A DNA stretch of 64,000 bases from the NCBI RefSeq assembly GCF_058153355.1, contig NZ_CM177019.1, one strand, 5' to 3'. Below are positions 9,658 through 19,651 of this stretch, in pieces (position 1 is the stretch's first letter; each line of letters starts with the position of its first letter). The translations under genes were made by a program, and so were the position numbers. Under the pieces are notes generated by a model. It made no database searches. It saw nothing but the letters and a program-made list of their open reading frames with translations, and was not told where the DNA came from.

Positions 9658-10731
9658 ATGCGCCAGGAAACCCGCTTTAAATTTAATGCCTACCTGTCCC
9701 GTGTTGCCGAACTGAACGGCATCGACGCCGGTGATGTGTCGAAAAAATTCACCGTTGAACCGTCGGTCACCCAGACCCTGATGAACACCATGCAGGAGTC
9801 CTCTGACTTTCTGACCCGCATCAACATTGTGCCGGTCAGCGAAATGAAAGGGGAAAAAATTGGTATTGGTGTCACCGGCTCCATCGCCAGCACCACCGAC
9901 ACCGCCGGTGGCACCGAGCGTCAGCCGAAGGACTTCTCGAAGCTGGCGTCCAACAAGTACGAATGCGACCAGGTTAACTTCGATTTTTATATCCGCTACA
10001 AAACGCTGGACCTGTGGGCGCGTTATCAGGATTTCCAGCTCCGTATCCGTAACGCCATTATCAAACGCCAGTCCCTTGATTTCATCATGGCCGGTTTTAA
10101 CGGCGTGAAGCGTGCCGAAACCTCTGACCGCAACAGTAATCCGATGCTGCAGGATGTGGCGGTCGGCTGGCTGCAGAAATACCGCAATGAAGCCCCGGCG
10201 CGCGTGATGAGCAAGGTCACTGACGAGGAAGGCCGCACCACCTCTGAGGTTATCCGCGTGGGTAAGGGCGGTGATTATGCCAGCCTTGATGCACTGGTGA
10301 TGGATGCGACCAACAACCTGATTGAACCGTGGTATCAGGAAGACCCTGACCTTGTGGTGATTGTGGGGCGTCAGCTACTGGCGGACAAGTATTTTCCCAT
10401 CGTCAACAAGGAGCAGGACAACAGCGAAATGCTGGCCGCTGACGTCATCATCAGCCAGAAACGCATCGGCAACCTGCCGGCGGTACGCGTCCCGTACTTC
10501 CCGGCGGATGCGATGCTCATCACGAAGCTGGAAAACCTGTCCATCTACTACATGGATGACAGCCATCGCCGCGTGATTGAGGAAAACCCGAAACTCGACC
10601 GCGTGGAGAACTACGAGTCAATGAACATTGATTACGTGGTGGAGGACTACGCCGCCGGTTGTCTGGTGGAAAAAATTAAAGTCGGTGATTTCTCCACACC
10701 GGCTAAAGCGACCGCAGAGCCGGGAGCGTAA
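9658..10731 (+). CDS. N: Major capsid protein gpN
   Basis: 357 aa; P2 size and position. Confidence 0.9.
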   Translation: MRQETRFKFNAYLSRVAELNGIDAGDVSKKFTVEPSVTQTLMNTMQESSDFLTRINIVPVSEMKGEKIGIGVTGSIASTTDTAGGTERQPKDFSKLASNKYECDQVNFDFYIRYKTLDLWARYQDFQLRIRNAIIKRQSLDFIMAGFNGVKRAETSDRNSNPMLQDVAVGWLQKYRNEAPARVMSKVTDEEGRTTSEVIRVGKGGDYASLDALVMDATNNLIEPWYQEDPDLVVIVGRQLLADKYFPIVNKEQDNSEMLAADVIISQKRIGNLPAVRVPYFPADAMLITKLENLSIYYMDDSHRRVIEENPKLDRVENYESMNIDYVVEDYAAGCLVEKIKVGDFSTPAKATAEPGA

Positions 10732-10734
10732 CCG

Positions 10735-11478
10735 ATGACGAGTCCCGCACAGCGCCACATGATGCGGGTCTCGGCAGCGATGACCGCGCAGCGGGAAGCC
10801 GCCCCGCTGCGACATGCAACTGTCTATGAGCAGATGCTGGTCAAGCTGGCCGCAGACCAGCGCACACTGAAAGCGATTTACTCAAAAGAGCTTAAGGCCG
10901 CGAAAAAACGCGAACTGCTGCCGTTCTGGTTGCCGTGGGTGAACGGCGTGCTGGAGCAGGGCAAAGGTGCACAGGATGACATTCTGATGACGGTCATGCT
11001 GTGGCGTCTGGATACCGGCGATATTGCCGGTGCGCTGGAGATTGCCCGTTATGCCCTGAAGTACGGTCTGACCATGCCGGGTAAACACCGCCGCACCCCG
11101 CCGTACATGTTCACCGAGGAGGTGGCGCTTGCGGCCATGCGCGCTCACGCTGCCGGTGAGTCTGTGGATCCCCGCCTGCTGATGGACACCCTCGAACTGA
11201 CCGCCACGGCTGACATGCCTGATGAAGTGCGCGCAAAACTGCACAAAATCACCGGTCTGTTTCTGCGTGACGCTGGTGATGCCGCAGGGGCGCTGGCTCA
11301 CCTGCAACGTGCGACACAGCTCGACTGTCAGGCAGGCGTCAAAAAAGAGATTGAACGACTGGAGCGGGAGCTGAAACCGAAGCCGGAGCCGCAGCCCAAA
11401 GCGGCCACCCGTACCCCGCGTAAGACCCGGAGCGTGACACCGGCAAAACGTGGACGCCCTAAAAAGAAAGCCAGTTAA
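10735..11478 (+). CDS. M: Terminase small (endonuclease) subunit gpM
   Basis: 247 aa, basic C-terminus; P2 synteny. Confidence 0.85.
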   Translation: MTSPAQRHMMRVSAAMTAQREAAPLRHATVYEQMLVKLAADQRTLKAIYSKELKAAKKRELLPFWLPWVNGVLEQGKGAQDDILMTVMLWRLDTGDIAGALEIARYALKYGLTMPGKHRRTPPYMFTEEVALAAMRAHAAGESVDPRLLMDTLELTATADMPDEVRAKLHKITGLFLRDAGDAAGALAHLQRATQLDCQAGVKKEIERLERELKPKPEPQPKAATRTPRKTRSVTPAKRGRPKKKAS

Positions 11479-11577
11479 CAACCGAATGCGCCCCGCGCCA
11501 GGGCGGCACGCCGGTCAGTGAGGGTGAATCACCTGACACTGCACCGGCGTCCACCGCCCGACTTTTCAGAGGTAGTC

Positions 11578-12087
11578 ATGATGACGCTGATTATTCCGCG
11601 AAAGGAGGCTCCCGTGTCCGGTGAGGGTACGGTGGTCATCCCGCAACCGGCAGGCGACGAGCCGGTGATTAAAAACACGTTCTTTTTTCCCGATATCGAC
11701 CCGAAGCGTGTCAGGGAACGTATGCGCCTTGAGCAGACCGTCGCCCCCGCCCGCCTGCGTGAGGCCATCAAGTCAGGCATGGCGGAAACGAATGCGGAGC
11801 TGTACGAGTACCGCGAACAGAAAATTGCCGCCGGTTTTACGCGTCTGGCGGACGTTCCGGCGGACGACATCGACGGTGAAAGCATCAAAGTTTTTTACTA
11901 CGAGCGCGCTGTGTGTGCGATGGCGACCGCGTCGCTTTATGAGCGTTACCGCGGCGTGGATGCCAGTGCGAAAGGCGACAAGAAGGCCGACAGCATTGAC
12001 AGCACCATTGATGAGCTGTGGCGGGATATGCGCTGGGCGGTGGCGCGCATCCAGGACAAGCCGCGCTGCATCGTGAGTCAAATCTGA
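11578..12087 (+). CDS. L: Head completion protein gpL
   Basis: 169 aa from MMTLIIPRKE (track ORF starts at 11518); P2 size. Confidence 0.8.
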   Translation: MMTLIIPRKEAPVSGEGTVVIPQPAGDEPVIKNTFFFPDIDPKRVRERMRLEQTVAPARLREAIKSGMAETNAELYEYREQKIAAGFTRLADVPADDIDGESIKVFYYERAVCAMATASLYERYRGVDASAKGDKKADSIDSTIDELWRDMRWAVARIQDKPRCIVSQI

Positions 12088-12290
12088 TGAAGACCTTTGC
12101 GCTACAGGGCGACACGCTCGACGCCATCTGTGTCCGGTATTACGGGCGCACTGAGGGCGTGGTCGAAGCCGTGCTCGCCGCAAATCCGGGACTGGCTGAA
12201 CTGGGCGCGGTGCTGCCGCACGGCACCGCCGTCGAACTGCCCGACGTTCAGACCGCGCCCGTGGCTGAAACTGTCAATCTGTGGGAGTAA
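12087..12290 (+). CDS. X: Tail protein gpX (LysM-like)
   Basis: 67 aa from MKTFALQGDTLDAICVRYYG; P2 size and position. Confidence 0.75.
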   Translation: MKTFALQGDTLDAICVRYYGRTEGVVEAVLAANPGLAELGAVLPHGTAVELPDVQTAPVAETVNLWE

Positions 12291-12293
12291 CGC

Positions 12294-12575
12294 ATGACAG
12301 CAGAAGAAAAAAGCGTCCTGTCGCTTTTCATGATTGGGGTGCTGATTGTTGTCGGCAAGGTGCTTGCCGGTGGTGAACCCATCACCCCGCGTCTGTTTAT
12401 CGGGCGCATGTTGCTCGGTGGTTTTGTCTCGATGGTTGCCGGTGTTGTTCTGGTGCAGTTTCCTGACCTGTCACTGCCTGCGGTGTGCGGCATCGGCTCC
12501 ATGCTGGGTATCGCCGGTTATCAGGTGATTGAGATTGCCATTCAGCGCCGCTTTAAGGGCAGGGGGAAACAGTAA
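12294..12575 (+). CDS. Y: Holin gpY
   Basis: 93 aa with hydrophobic transmembrane segments; first gene of the lysis cassette. Confidence 0.8.
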   Translation: MTAEEKSVLSLFMIGVLIVVGKVLAGGEPITPRLFIGRMLLGGFVSMVAGVVLVQFPDLSLPAVCGIGSMLGIAGYQVIEIAIQRRFKGRGKQ

Positions 12576-13072
12576 TGCCGGTAATTAACACGCATCAGAA
12601 TATCGCCGCCTTTCTCGACATGCTGGCCGTGTCCGAAGGGACGGCGAATCATCCGCTGACGAAAAACCGGGGCTATGACGTGATAGTCACCGGACTGGAC
12701 GGAAAGCCGGAAATTTTCACCGACTACAGTGACCACCCGTTCGCACATGGCCGACCGGCGAAGGTGTTTAACCGTCGCGGTGAAAAATCCACGGCCTCCG
12801 GTCGCTATCAGCAGCTTTACCTGTTCTGGCCGCACTACCGCAAACAGCTTGCCCTGCCGGATTTCAGTCCGTTGTCACAGGACAGACTTGCCATTCAGTT
12901 GATCCGCGAACGCGGTGCACTGGATGACATCCGGGCGGGACGTATTGAGCGCGCCATTTCACGCTGTCGCAATATCTGGGCGTCCCTGCCGGGTGCCGGT
13001 TACGGTCAGCGTGAGCATTCACTGGAAAAACTGGTCACCGTCTGGCGTACCGCCGGCGGCGTACCGGCTTAA
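12575..13072 (+). CDS. K: Endolysin gpK (lysozyme family)
   Basis: 165 aa; lambda R-like lysozyme signature (SEGT...GYDV); P2 position. Confidence 0.85.
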   Translation: MPVINTHQNIAAFLDMLAVSEGTANHPLTKNRGYDVIVTGLDGKPEIFTDYSDHPFAHGRPAKVFNRRGEKSTASGRYQQLYLFWPHYRKQLALPDFSPLSQDRLAIQLIRERGALDDIRAGRIERAISRCRNIWASLPGAGYGQREHSLEKLVTVWRTAGGVPA

Positions 13073-13086
13073 ACGGAGTAAACACC

Positions 13087-13512
13087 ATGAAGAAATTATC
13101 CCTTTCACTGATGCTGAACGTGTCGCTGGCGCTGATGCTGGCACTGTTCCTGATTTACCCGCAGAGCGTGGCCGTCAGTTTTGTCGCCACCTGGGCGATT
13201 CTGGCGACGGTTATCTGTGTGGTTGCCGGTGGTGTCGGCGTGTATGCCACTGAGTATGTACTTGAACGCTACGGGCGGGAGCTGCCGCCGGAATCGCTGG
13301 CCGTGAAGATTGTCACGTCGCTGTTTTTGCAGCCGGTGCCGTGGCGCAGACGGGCGGCGGCTCTGGTGGTGATGGTGGCGACATTTATCTCGCTGGTCGC
13401 CGCCGGGTGGATTTTTACCGCGCTGATTTACCTCGTGGCGTCGGTGTTCTTCTGGCTGATACGTACGGCCTGCCGTCAGCGTTTTGAGGGGCGGGAGCTA
13501 TGTCAAGGCTGA
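13087..13512 (+). CDS. lysA: Lysis timing membrane protein LysA
   Basis: 141 aa, multiple hydrophobic helices; P2 position. Confidence 0.7.
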   Translation: MKKLSLSLMLNVSLALMLALFLIYPQSVAVSFVATWAILATVICVVAGGVGVYATEYVLERYGRELPPESLAVKIVTSLFLQPVPWRRRAAALVVMVATFISLVAAGWIFTALIYLVASVFFWLIRTACRQRFEGRELCQG

Positions 13513-13925
13513 TGATTGTACTGATTGTGTTGTTATCGCTGGCGTTGGCGGGTCTGTTTCTGGTGAAACACAAAAATGCCAGCCTGCGCGCTTCGCTGGA
13601 CAGGGCGAACAGCGTCGCCAGCGGGCAGCAGACGACCATCACCATGCTGAAAAATCAGCTTCATGTTGCGCTCACCAGGGCAGACAAAAACGAGCTGGCG
13701 CAGGTGGCACTGCGTCAGGAACTGGAGAACGCCGCGAAGCGTGAAGCACAGCGCGAGAAAACCATCACGAGGTTACTCAATGAAAACGAAGATTTTCGCC
13801 GCTGGTACGGTGCTGACCTGCCTGATGCTGTGCGCCGGTTGCACCAGCGCCCGGCCTGCACTGACGCCAGTGATTGTCCCCAACGCCTGCCCGAAAGTGA
13901 GTCTTTGCCCGATGCCGGGCAGTGA
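13500..13925 (+). CDS. lysB: Rz-like spanin LysB
   Basis: 141 aa, N-terminal TM then coiled-coil-like region; P2 position. Confidence 0.75.
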   Translation: MSRLMIVLIVLLSLALAGLFLVKHKNASLRASLDRANSVASGQQTTITMLKNQLHVALTRADKNELAQVALRQELENAAKREAQREKTITRLLNENEDFRRWYGADLPDAVRRLHQRPACTDASDCPQRLPESESLPDAGQ

Positions 13926-14070
13926 CCCGGAGACGAACGGCGATTTAAGTGCCGATATCCGGCAGCTTGAGAACGCGCTGGCACGCTGTGCCAGCCAGGT
14001 AAAAATGATTAAACACTGTCAGGACGAAAACGATGCTCAAACCCGACAGCCTGCGCAGGGCGCTGACTGA
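13780..14070 (+). CDS. lysC: Rz1-like outer-membrane lipoprotein spanin LysC, out of frame, start embedded in lysB
   Basis: 96 aa from MKTKIFAAGTVLTCLMLCAGCTS (lipobox LCAGC), Pro-rich; start lies within lysB in another frame, as in P2. Confidence 0.65.
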   Translation: MKTKIFAAGTVLTCLMLCAGCTSARPALTPVIVPNACPKVSLCPMPGSDPETNGDLSADIRQLENALARCASQVKMIKHCQDENDAQTRQPAQGAD

Positions 14071-14500
14071 TGCCGTCACGGTGTTGAAAACTAACCCCGA
14101 TATGCTGCGGATATTCGTGGATAACGGGAGTATTGCCTCCACACTGGCGGCGTCGTTGTCATTCGAAAAGCGTTACACGCTCAATGTCATTGTGACCGAC
14201 TTTACCGGTGATTTTGACCTGCTCATCGTGCCGGTGCTGGCGTGGCTGCGGGAAAATCAGCCCGACATCATGACCACCGACGAAGGCCAGAAAAAGGGCT
14301 TCACGTTTTATGCGGACATCAACAATGACAGCAGCTTTGATATCAGTATCAGCCTGATGCTGACCGAGCGCACGCTGGTCAGTGAGGTTGACGGCGCGTT
14401 GTATGTGAAGAATATCCCGGAACCCACGCCGCCGGAGCCCGTCACCCGCCCGATGGAGCTTTATATCAATGGCGAACTGGTGAGCAAGTGGGATGAATGA
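14033..14500 (+). CDS. R: Tail completion protein gpR
   Basis: 155 aa; P2 size and position. Confidence 0.8.
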   Translation: MLKPDSLRRALTDAVTVLKTNPDMLRIFVDNGSIASTLAASLSFEKRYTLNVIVTDFTGDFDLLIVPVLAWLRENQPDIMTTDEGQKKGFTFYADINNDSSFDISISLMLTERTLVSEVDGALYVKNIPEPTPPEPVTRPMELYINGELVSKWDE

Positions 14501-14945
14501 GTTTAAGCGTTTTGAAGACCGGCTGACCGGACTTATTGAATCGCTGTCACCGTCAGGGCGTCGGCGACTGAGTGCCGAACTGGCGAAACGTCTGCGGCAG
14601 AGTCAGCAGCGTCGGGTGATGGCACAGAAAGCCCCGGACGGCACCCCCTACGTGCCACGCCAGCAGCAGAGCGCCAGAAAAAAGACCGGTCGCGTTAAGC
14701 GAAAAATGTTTGCGAAACTTATCACCAGTCGTTTTTTGCATATCCGCGCCAGCCCGGAACAGGCATCAATGGAGTTTTACGGCGGGAAGTCACCGAAAAT
14801 CGCCAGTGTGCATCAGTTCGGTCTGTCGGAAGAAAACCGGAAAGACGGTAAGAAAATTGATTATCCGGCGCGTCCCCTGCTCGGCTTTACCGGTGAGGAT
14901 GTGCAGATGATTGAAGAGATTATCCTGGCTCACCTCGACCGTTAG
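14493..14945 (+). CDS. S: Tail completion protein gpS
   Basis: 150 aa; P2 size and position. Confidence 0.8.
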   Translation: MNEFKRFEDRLTGLIESLSPSGRRRLSAELAKRLRQSQQRRVMAQKAPDGTPYVPRQQQSARKKTGRVKRKMFAKLITSRFLHIRASPEQASMEFYGGKSPKIASVHQFGLSEENRKDGKKIDYPARPLLGFTGEDVQMIEEIILAHLDR

Positions 14946-15011
14946 TTGTGCCATTCCCGACACCTCATCGTCACATTGCCGCCGGTATGACCCGGCGGCA
15001 TCCTTCCCGTT

Positions 15012-15647
15012 ATGAACACTCTCGCAAATATCCAGGAACTCGCGCGCGCACTGCGCAACATGATTCGCACCGGCCTTGTCGTCGAAACCAACCTTAAAGC
15101 CGGTCGCTGCCGTGTGCAGACCGGTGGCATGTGCACCGACTGGCTTCAGTGGCTGACCTGTCGTGCCGGTCGTTCGCGCACATGGTGGGCACCTTCCGTG
15201 GGGGAACAGGTGCTGATTCTGGCCGTGGGCGGTGAACTCGACACGGCGTTCGTTCTGCCGGGGATTTATTCCGGCGATAACCCTCCGCCGTCTGCGTCGG
15301 CGGATGCCCTGCATATCCGTTTCCCTGACGGGGCGGTGATTGAGTATGAACCTGAAACCAGTGCACTGACGGTAAGCGGAATTAAAACGGCCAGCGTGAC
15401 GGCTTCTGATTCTGTTACTGCCACGGTGCCGGTGGTCACGGTGAAAGCATCAACCCGCGTTACCCTGGACACACCGGAGGTGGTCTGCACCAACAGGCTG
15501 ATTACCGGCACGCTGGAAGTGCAGAAGGGCGGGACGATGCGCGGCAACATTGAACATACCGGCGGTGAACTTTCATCAAACGGGAAGGTACTGCATACCC
15601 ATAAACACCCCGGCGACAGCGGCGGCACAACCGGGAGTCCTTTATGA
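15012..15647 (+). CDS. V: Baseplate spike/assembly protein gpV
   Basis: 211 aa; P2 synteny. Confidence 0.85.
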   Translation: MNTLANIQELARALRNMIRTGLVVETNLKAGRCRVQTGGMCTDWLQWLTCRAGRSRTWWAPSVGEQVLILAVGGELDTAFVLPGIYSGDNPPPSASADALHIRFPDGAVIEYEPETSALTVSGIKTASVTASDSVTATVPVVTVKASTRVTLDTPEVVCTNRLITGTLEVQKGGTMRGNIEHTGGELSSNGKVLHTHKHPGDSGGTTGSPL

Positions 15648-15991
15648 CAGCGCGTTATCTCGGAATGAATCGCAGTGATGGCCTGACTGTCACTGACCTT
15701 GAGCATATCAGCCAGAGTATCGGCGATATCCTGCGTACGCCGGTCGGCTCGCGGGTGATGCGTCGTGATTACGGCTCGTTGCTGGCATCAATGATTGACC
15801 AGCCGCAGACCCCGGCGCTTGAGTTGCAGATTAAGGTTGCCTGTTACATGGCCGTGCTGAAATGGGAACCCCGCGTCACCCTGGCATCCGTCACCACGGC
15901 GCGCAGCTTTGACGGTCGAATGACAGTTACGTTAACCGGCCAGCATAACGACACCGGCCAGCCACTTTCGTTAACCATCCCTGTGAGTTGA
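15644..15991 (+). CDS. W: Baseplate protein gpW (GPW/gp25 lysozyme-like family)
   Basis: 115 aa; start overlaps the V stop. Confidence 0.85.
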   Translation: MTARYLGMNRSDGLTVTDLEHISQSIGDILRTPVGSRVMRRDYGSLLASMIDQPQTPALELQIKVACYMAVLKWEPRVTLASVTTARSFDGRMTVTLTGQHNDTGQPLSLTIPVS

Positions 15992-15995
15992 AACC

Positions 15996-16904
15996 ATGCC
16001 GATTATCGACCTGAACCAGCTACCCGCACCGGATGTGGTTGAGGAGCTGGACTTTGAAACCATTCTTGCCGAACGCAAGGCGACACTGATTTCCCTTTAC
16101 CCGGAAGACCAGCAGGAGGCGGTCGCCCGTACCCTGACGCTGGAATCCGAGCCTCTCGTCAAACTGCTGGAGGAAAATGCTTATCGCGAGCTTATCTGGC
16201 GTCAGCGTGTGAATGAGGCCGCACGGGCGGTAATGCTGGCCTGTGCCGCCGGTAATGACCTTGATGTGATTGGTGCCAATTACAACACCACGCGCCTGAT
16301 TATCACCCCGGCAGATGATTCGAACATTCCGCCGACACCGGCAGTGATGGAGTCTGACACTGATTATCGTCTGCGTATTCAGCAGGCGTTTGAGGGCTTA
16401 AGCGTCGCCGGGTCGGTGGGAGCCTATCAGTATCATGGTCGCAGTGCTGACGGGCGTGTCGCGGATATCTCTGTCACCAGTCCGTCTCCCGCCTGTGTCA
16501 CCATCTCTGTGCTGTCCCGCGAAAATAACGGTGTCGCATCCGAAGACCTGCTGGCTGTGGTACGTAACGCCCTTAATGGCGAGGACGTCAGGCCGGTGGC
16601 CGACCGCGTGACCGTGCAGTCTGCCGCCATTGTTGAATACCAGATAAACGCCACGCTTTACCTTTACCCTGGTCCCGAAAGCGAACCCATCCGCGCTGCC
16701 GCCGTGAAAAAGCTGGAAGCGTACATCACAGCACAGCACCGGCTGGGGCGCGACATCCGTCTGTCTGCCATTTATGCCGCCTTGCATGTGGAAGGCGTGC
16801 AGCGTGTCGAACTGACTGCACCACTGGCCGACATTGTGCTCAACAGTACGCAGGCGTCTTTCTGTACAGAATACCGCGTCGTGACCGGAGGCTCGGATGA
16901 GTGA
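15996..16904 (+). CDS. J: Baseplate protein gpJ
   Basis: 302 aa; P2 synteny. Confidence 0.85.
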   Translation: MPIIDLNQLPAPDVVEELDFETILAERKATLISLYPEDQQEAVARTLTLESEPLVKLLEENAYRELIWRQRVNEAARAVMLACAAGNDLDVIGANYNTTRLIITPADDSNIPPTPAVMESDTDYRLRIQQAFEGLSVAGSVGAYQYHGRSADGRVADISVTSPSPACVTISVLSRENNGVASEDLLAVVRNALNGEDVRPVADRVTVQSAAIVEYQINATLYLYPGPESEPIRAAAVKKLEAYITAQHRLGRDIRLSAIYAALHVEGVQRVELTAPLADIVLNSTQASFCTEYRVVTGGSDE

Positions 16905-17427
16905 TTCGCGACTGCTGCCGACCGGCTCATCACCGCTTGAAGTCGCCGCCGCAAAAGCCTGTGCGGAAATTGAAAAAACGCCGGTCAGTATTCGTGAGCT
17001 GTGGAACCCGGATACCTGTCCGGCAAATCTGCTGCCGTGGCTGGCGTGGGCGTTTTCGGTCGACAGGTGGGATGAAAAGTGGCCGGAAGCGACAAAACGC
17101 GCCGTTATCCGCGATGCCTATTTCATCCACTGTCATAAAGGCACTATCGGCGCAATCCGGCGTGTGGTGGAGCCGCTCGGCTATCTCATCAACGTGACGG
17201 AGTGGTGGGAAAACAGTGACCCGCCAGGCACCTTCAGGCTTGATATTGGTGTACTGGAAAGCGGCATCACAGAGGCAATGTATCAGGAAATGGAACGGCT
17301 GATTGCTGATGCCAAACCTGCAAGTCGCCACCTTATTGGCCTGAACATTACCCGGGACATTCCCGGCTACCTGTTCGCCGGTTGTGTGGCTTACGACGGC
17401 GATGTAATTACGGTTTACCCCGGATAA
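16897..17427 (+). CDS. I: Baseplate/tail protein gpI
   Basis: 176 aa; overlaps the J stop. Confidence 0.8.
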   Translation: MSDSRLLPTGSSPLEVAAAKACAEIEKTPVSIRELWNPDTCPANLLPWLAWAFSVDRWDEKWPEATKRAVIRDAYFIHCHKGTIGAIRRVVEPLGYLINVTEWWENSDPPGTFRLDIGVLESGITEAMYQEMERLIADAKPASRHLIGLNITRDIPGYLFAGCVAYDGDVITVYPG

Positions 17428-17437
17428 GTGAGGAATA

Positions 17438-19648
17438 ATGAGCACAAAATTCAGAACCGTTATCACCACTGCCGGTGCAGCAAAGCTGGCAGCGGCAACC
17501 GCGCCGGGAGGGCGGAAGGTCAACATTACCACGATGGCCGTCGGGGATGGCGGTGGTAAATTGCCTGTCCCGGATGCCGGACAGACCGGGCTTATCCACG
17601 AAGTCTGGCGACATGCGCTGAACAAAATCAGCCAGGACAAACGAAACAGTAATTATATTATCGCAGAGCTGGTTATTCCGCCGGAGGTGGGCGGTTTCTG
17701 GATGCGTGAGCTTGGCCTGTACGATGATGCGGGAACGTTAATTGCCGTGGCGAACATGGCCGAAAGTTATAAGCCTGCCCTTGCCGAAGGCTCAGGGCGT
17801 TCGCAGACCTGCCGTATGGTCATCATCGTCAGCAGTGTGGCCTCAGTGGAGCTGACCATTGACACCACAACGGTGATGGCAACGCAGGATTATGTTGATG
17901 ACAAAATTGCAGAGCACGAACAGTCACGACGTCACCCGGACGCCTCGCTGACCGCAAAAGGTTTTACTCAGTTAAGCAGCGCGACCAACAGCACGTCTGA
18001 AACACTGGCCGCAACGCCGAAAGCGGTAAAGGCCGCCTATGACCTTGCTAACGGGAAATATACCGCACAGGACGCCACCACAGCGCGAAAAGGGCTTGTC
18101 CAGCTCAGTAGCGCCACCAATAGCGATTCTGAAACGCTCGCCGCAACACCAAAAGCGGTAAAAGCAGCGTATGACCTTGCTAACGGGAAATATACCGCAC
18201 AGGACGCCACCACAGCGCGAAAAGGCCTTGTCCAGCTCAGTAGCGCCACCAACAGTGATTCTGAAACGCTTGCAGCAACGCCAAAGGCGGTAAAGGCAGC
18301 ATATGACCTTGCTAACGGGAAATACACTGCACAGGACGCCACCACAGCGCGAAAAGGTCTTGTCCAGCTCAGTAGCGTCACCAACAGTGATTCTGAAACC
18401 CTCGCGGCAACGCCAAAAGCAGTGAAGTCTGCCTATGACAATGCTGAAAAACGTCTTCAGAAAGATCAGAACGGTGCGGATATTCCGGGAAAGGATACCT
18501 TCACGAAAAATATCGGTGCCTGTCGTGCTTATAGCGGCGCTTTGAGCACTGAAGCCGGAAACTGGACAACCGCGCAGTTTATTGACTGGCTAGAGTCTCA
18601 GGGAGCCTTTAATCATCCCTACTGGATGTGCAAGTGTTCCTGGTCATACGGTAATAACAAAATTATTACCGATACTGACTGTGGGACGATTCATCTTGCA
18701 GGTTGCGTGATTGAGGTTATGGGTGTTAAAGCAGCAATGACCATTCGTGTGACCACTCCGAGTACATCAAGCAGTGGTGGTACCACCAGTGCGCAATTCA
18801 CGTATATCAATCACGGAGCTGATTATGCGCCGGGCTGGCGACGCGACTACAATACGAAAAATAAGCAACCGGCTTTTGCATTAGGGAAAACAGGAAATAC
18901 GGTTGCAAATAATAAAGCAGTAGGATGGAACTGGGACAGTGGTGCTTATTGTGCACAGGATGGCGGAGCATCAAAAATGGTGCTGCATTTTTACACGGGT
19001 GAGGGAAGTTGTCCGGCAATGCAGTTTCTTGTGGATTATAAAAACAGGGGGATTTTTTACAGGTCGGCACGTGATGGGTATGGATTTGAGGCTGACTGGT
19101 CAGAGTTTTATACCACATCACGAAAGCCAACACCTGCGGATATTCTTGCTCTGGCATTATCAGGCGGAAGCATGTCAGGCAGCATAAAATTTATCAATGA
19201 TGCCTTCCTGATTTGGGAAAGAAACACTGACTGGGCGAAAATTGGATTTAAAAATGATTCAGATGCTGATTCTGACTCATTCATGTGGTTTGAAACTGGT
19301 GATAATGGCAATGAATATTTTAAATGGCGCATCAGGTCTGGCAGCACAACAAAAGATCTGATGACGCTTAAGTCTGATGCACTACGGGTTACCGGGCAGG
19401 TGATACCATCAAATTTCAGCAATTTTGACTCCCGCTATGTCAGGGATCTCCGGCTTGGTGGTGCCGCCACATACAAACCTGCGAACAATGGCATGACATG
19501 GACACATCAGGCACCGTCCGGGTGTGTATATACCGGCATTATTGTTCAGGATACCGGCTCAAACTCTGCCGATAACATTGGTGGCGTATATTACAGACCG
19601 GTGCAGAAATACATTAACGGGACATGGTACAACGTGGCGCAGGTATAA
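17438..19648 (+). CDS. H: Tail fiber protein gpH, with internal tandem repeats and a lower-GC distal domain
   Basis: 736 aa; conserved N-terminus, about four copies of a ~44-aa repeat, then an AT-richer C-terminal receptor-binding region. Confidence 0.85.
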   Translation: MSTKFRTVITTAGAAKLAAATAPGGRKVNITTMAVGDGGGKLPVPDAGQTGLIHEVWRHALNKISQDKRNSNYIIAELVIPPEVGGFWMRELGLYDDAGTLIAVANMAESYKPALAEGSGRSQTCRMVIIVSSVASVELTIDTTTVMATQDYVDDKIAEHEQSRRHPDASLTAKGFTQLSSATNSTSETLAATPKAVKAAYDLANGKYTAQDATTARKGLVQLSSATNSDSETLAATPKAVKAAYDLANGKYTAQDATTARKGLVQLSSATNSDSETLAATPKAVKAAYDLANGKYTAQDATTARKGLVQLSSVTNSDSETLAATPKAVKSAYDNAEKRLQKDQNGADIPGKDTFTKNIGACRAYSGALSTEAGNWTTAQFIDWLESQGAFNHPYWMCKCSWSYGNNKIITDTDCGTIHLAGCVIEVMGVKAAMTIRVTTPSTSSSGGTTSAQFTYINHGADYAPGWRRDYNTKNKQPAFALGKTGNTVANNKAVGWNWDSGAYCAQDGGASKMVLHFYTGEGSCPAMQFLVDYKNRGIFYRSARDGYGFEADWSEFYTTSRKPTPADILALALSGGSMSGSIKFINDAFLIWERNTDWAKIGFKNDSDADSDSFMWFETGDNGNEYFKWRIRSGSTTKDLMTLKSDALRVTGQVIPSNFSNFDSRYVRDLRLGGAATYKPANNGMTWTHQAPSGCVYTGIIVQDTGSNSADNIGGVYYRPVQKYINGTWYNVAQV
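17950..18440 (+). repeat. In-frame tandem repeats (~132 bp x ~3.8) inside tail fiber gene H
   Basis: Repeated peptide GLVQLSSATNSxSETLAATPKAVKAAYDLANGKYTAQDATTARK; copies differ at synonymous sites, so the array is not a very recent duplication. Confidence 0.8.
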
Positions 19649-19651
19649 TTT

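Noticed and set aside
10882-12183. Minus-strand ORFs of 199 aa and 136 aa overlapping M and L
   Set aside because: Antisense to conserved packaging/head genes; Arg/Gly-rich spurious translations typical of GC-rich reverse frames.
18037-18384. 115-aa minus-strand ORF inside tail fiber gene H
   Set aside because: Lies entirely antisense to the H tandem repeat array and is itself internally repetitive; an artifact of the repeat, with no RBS or independent support.
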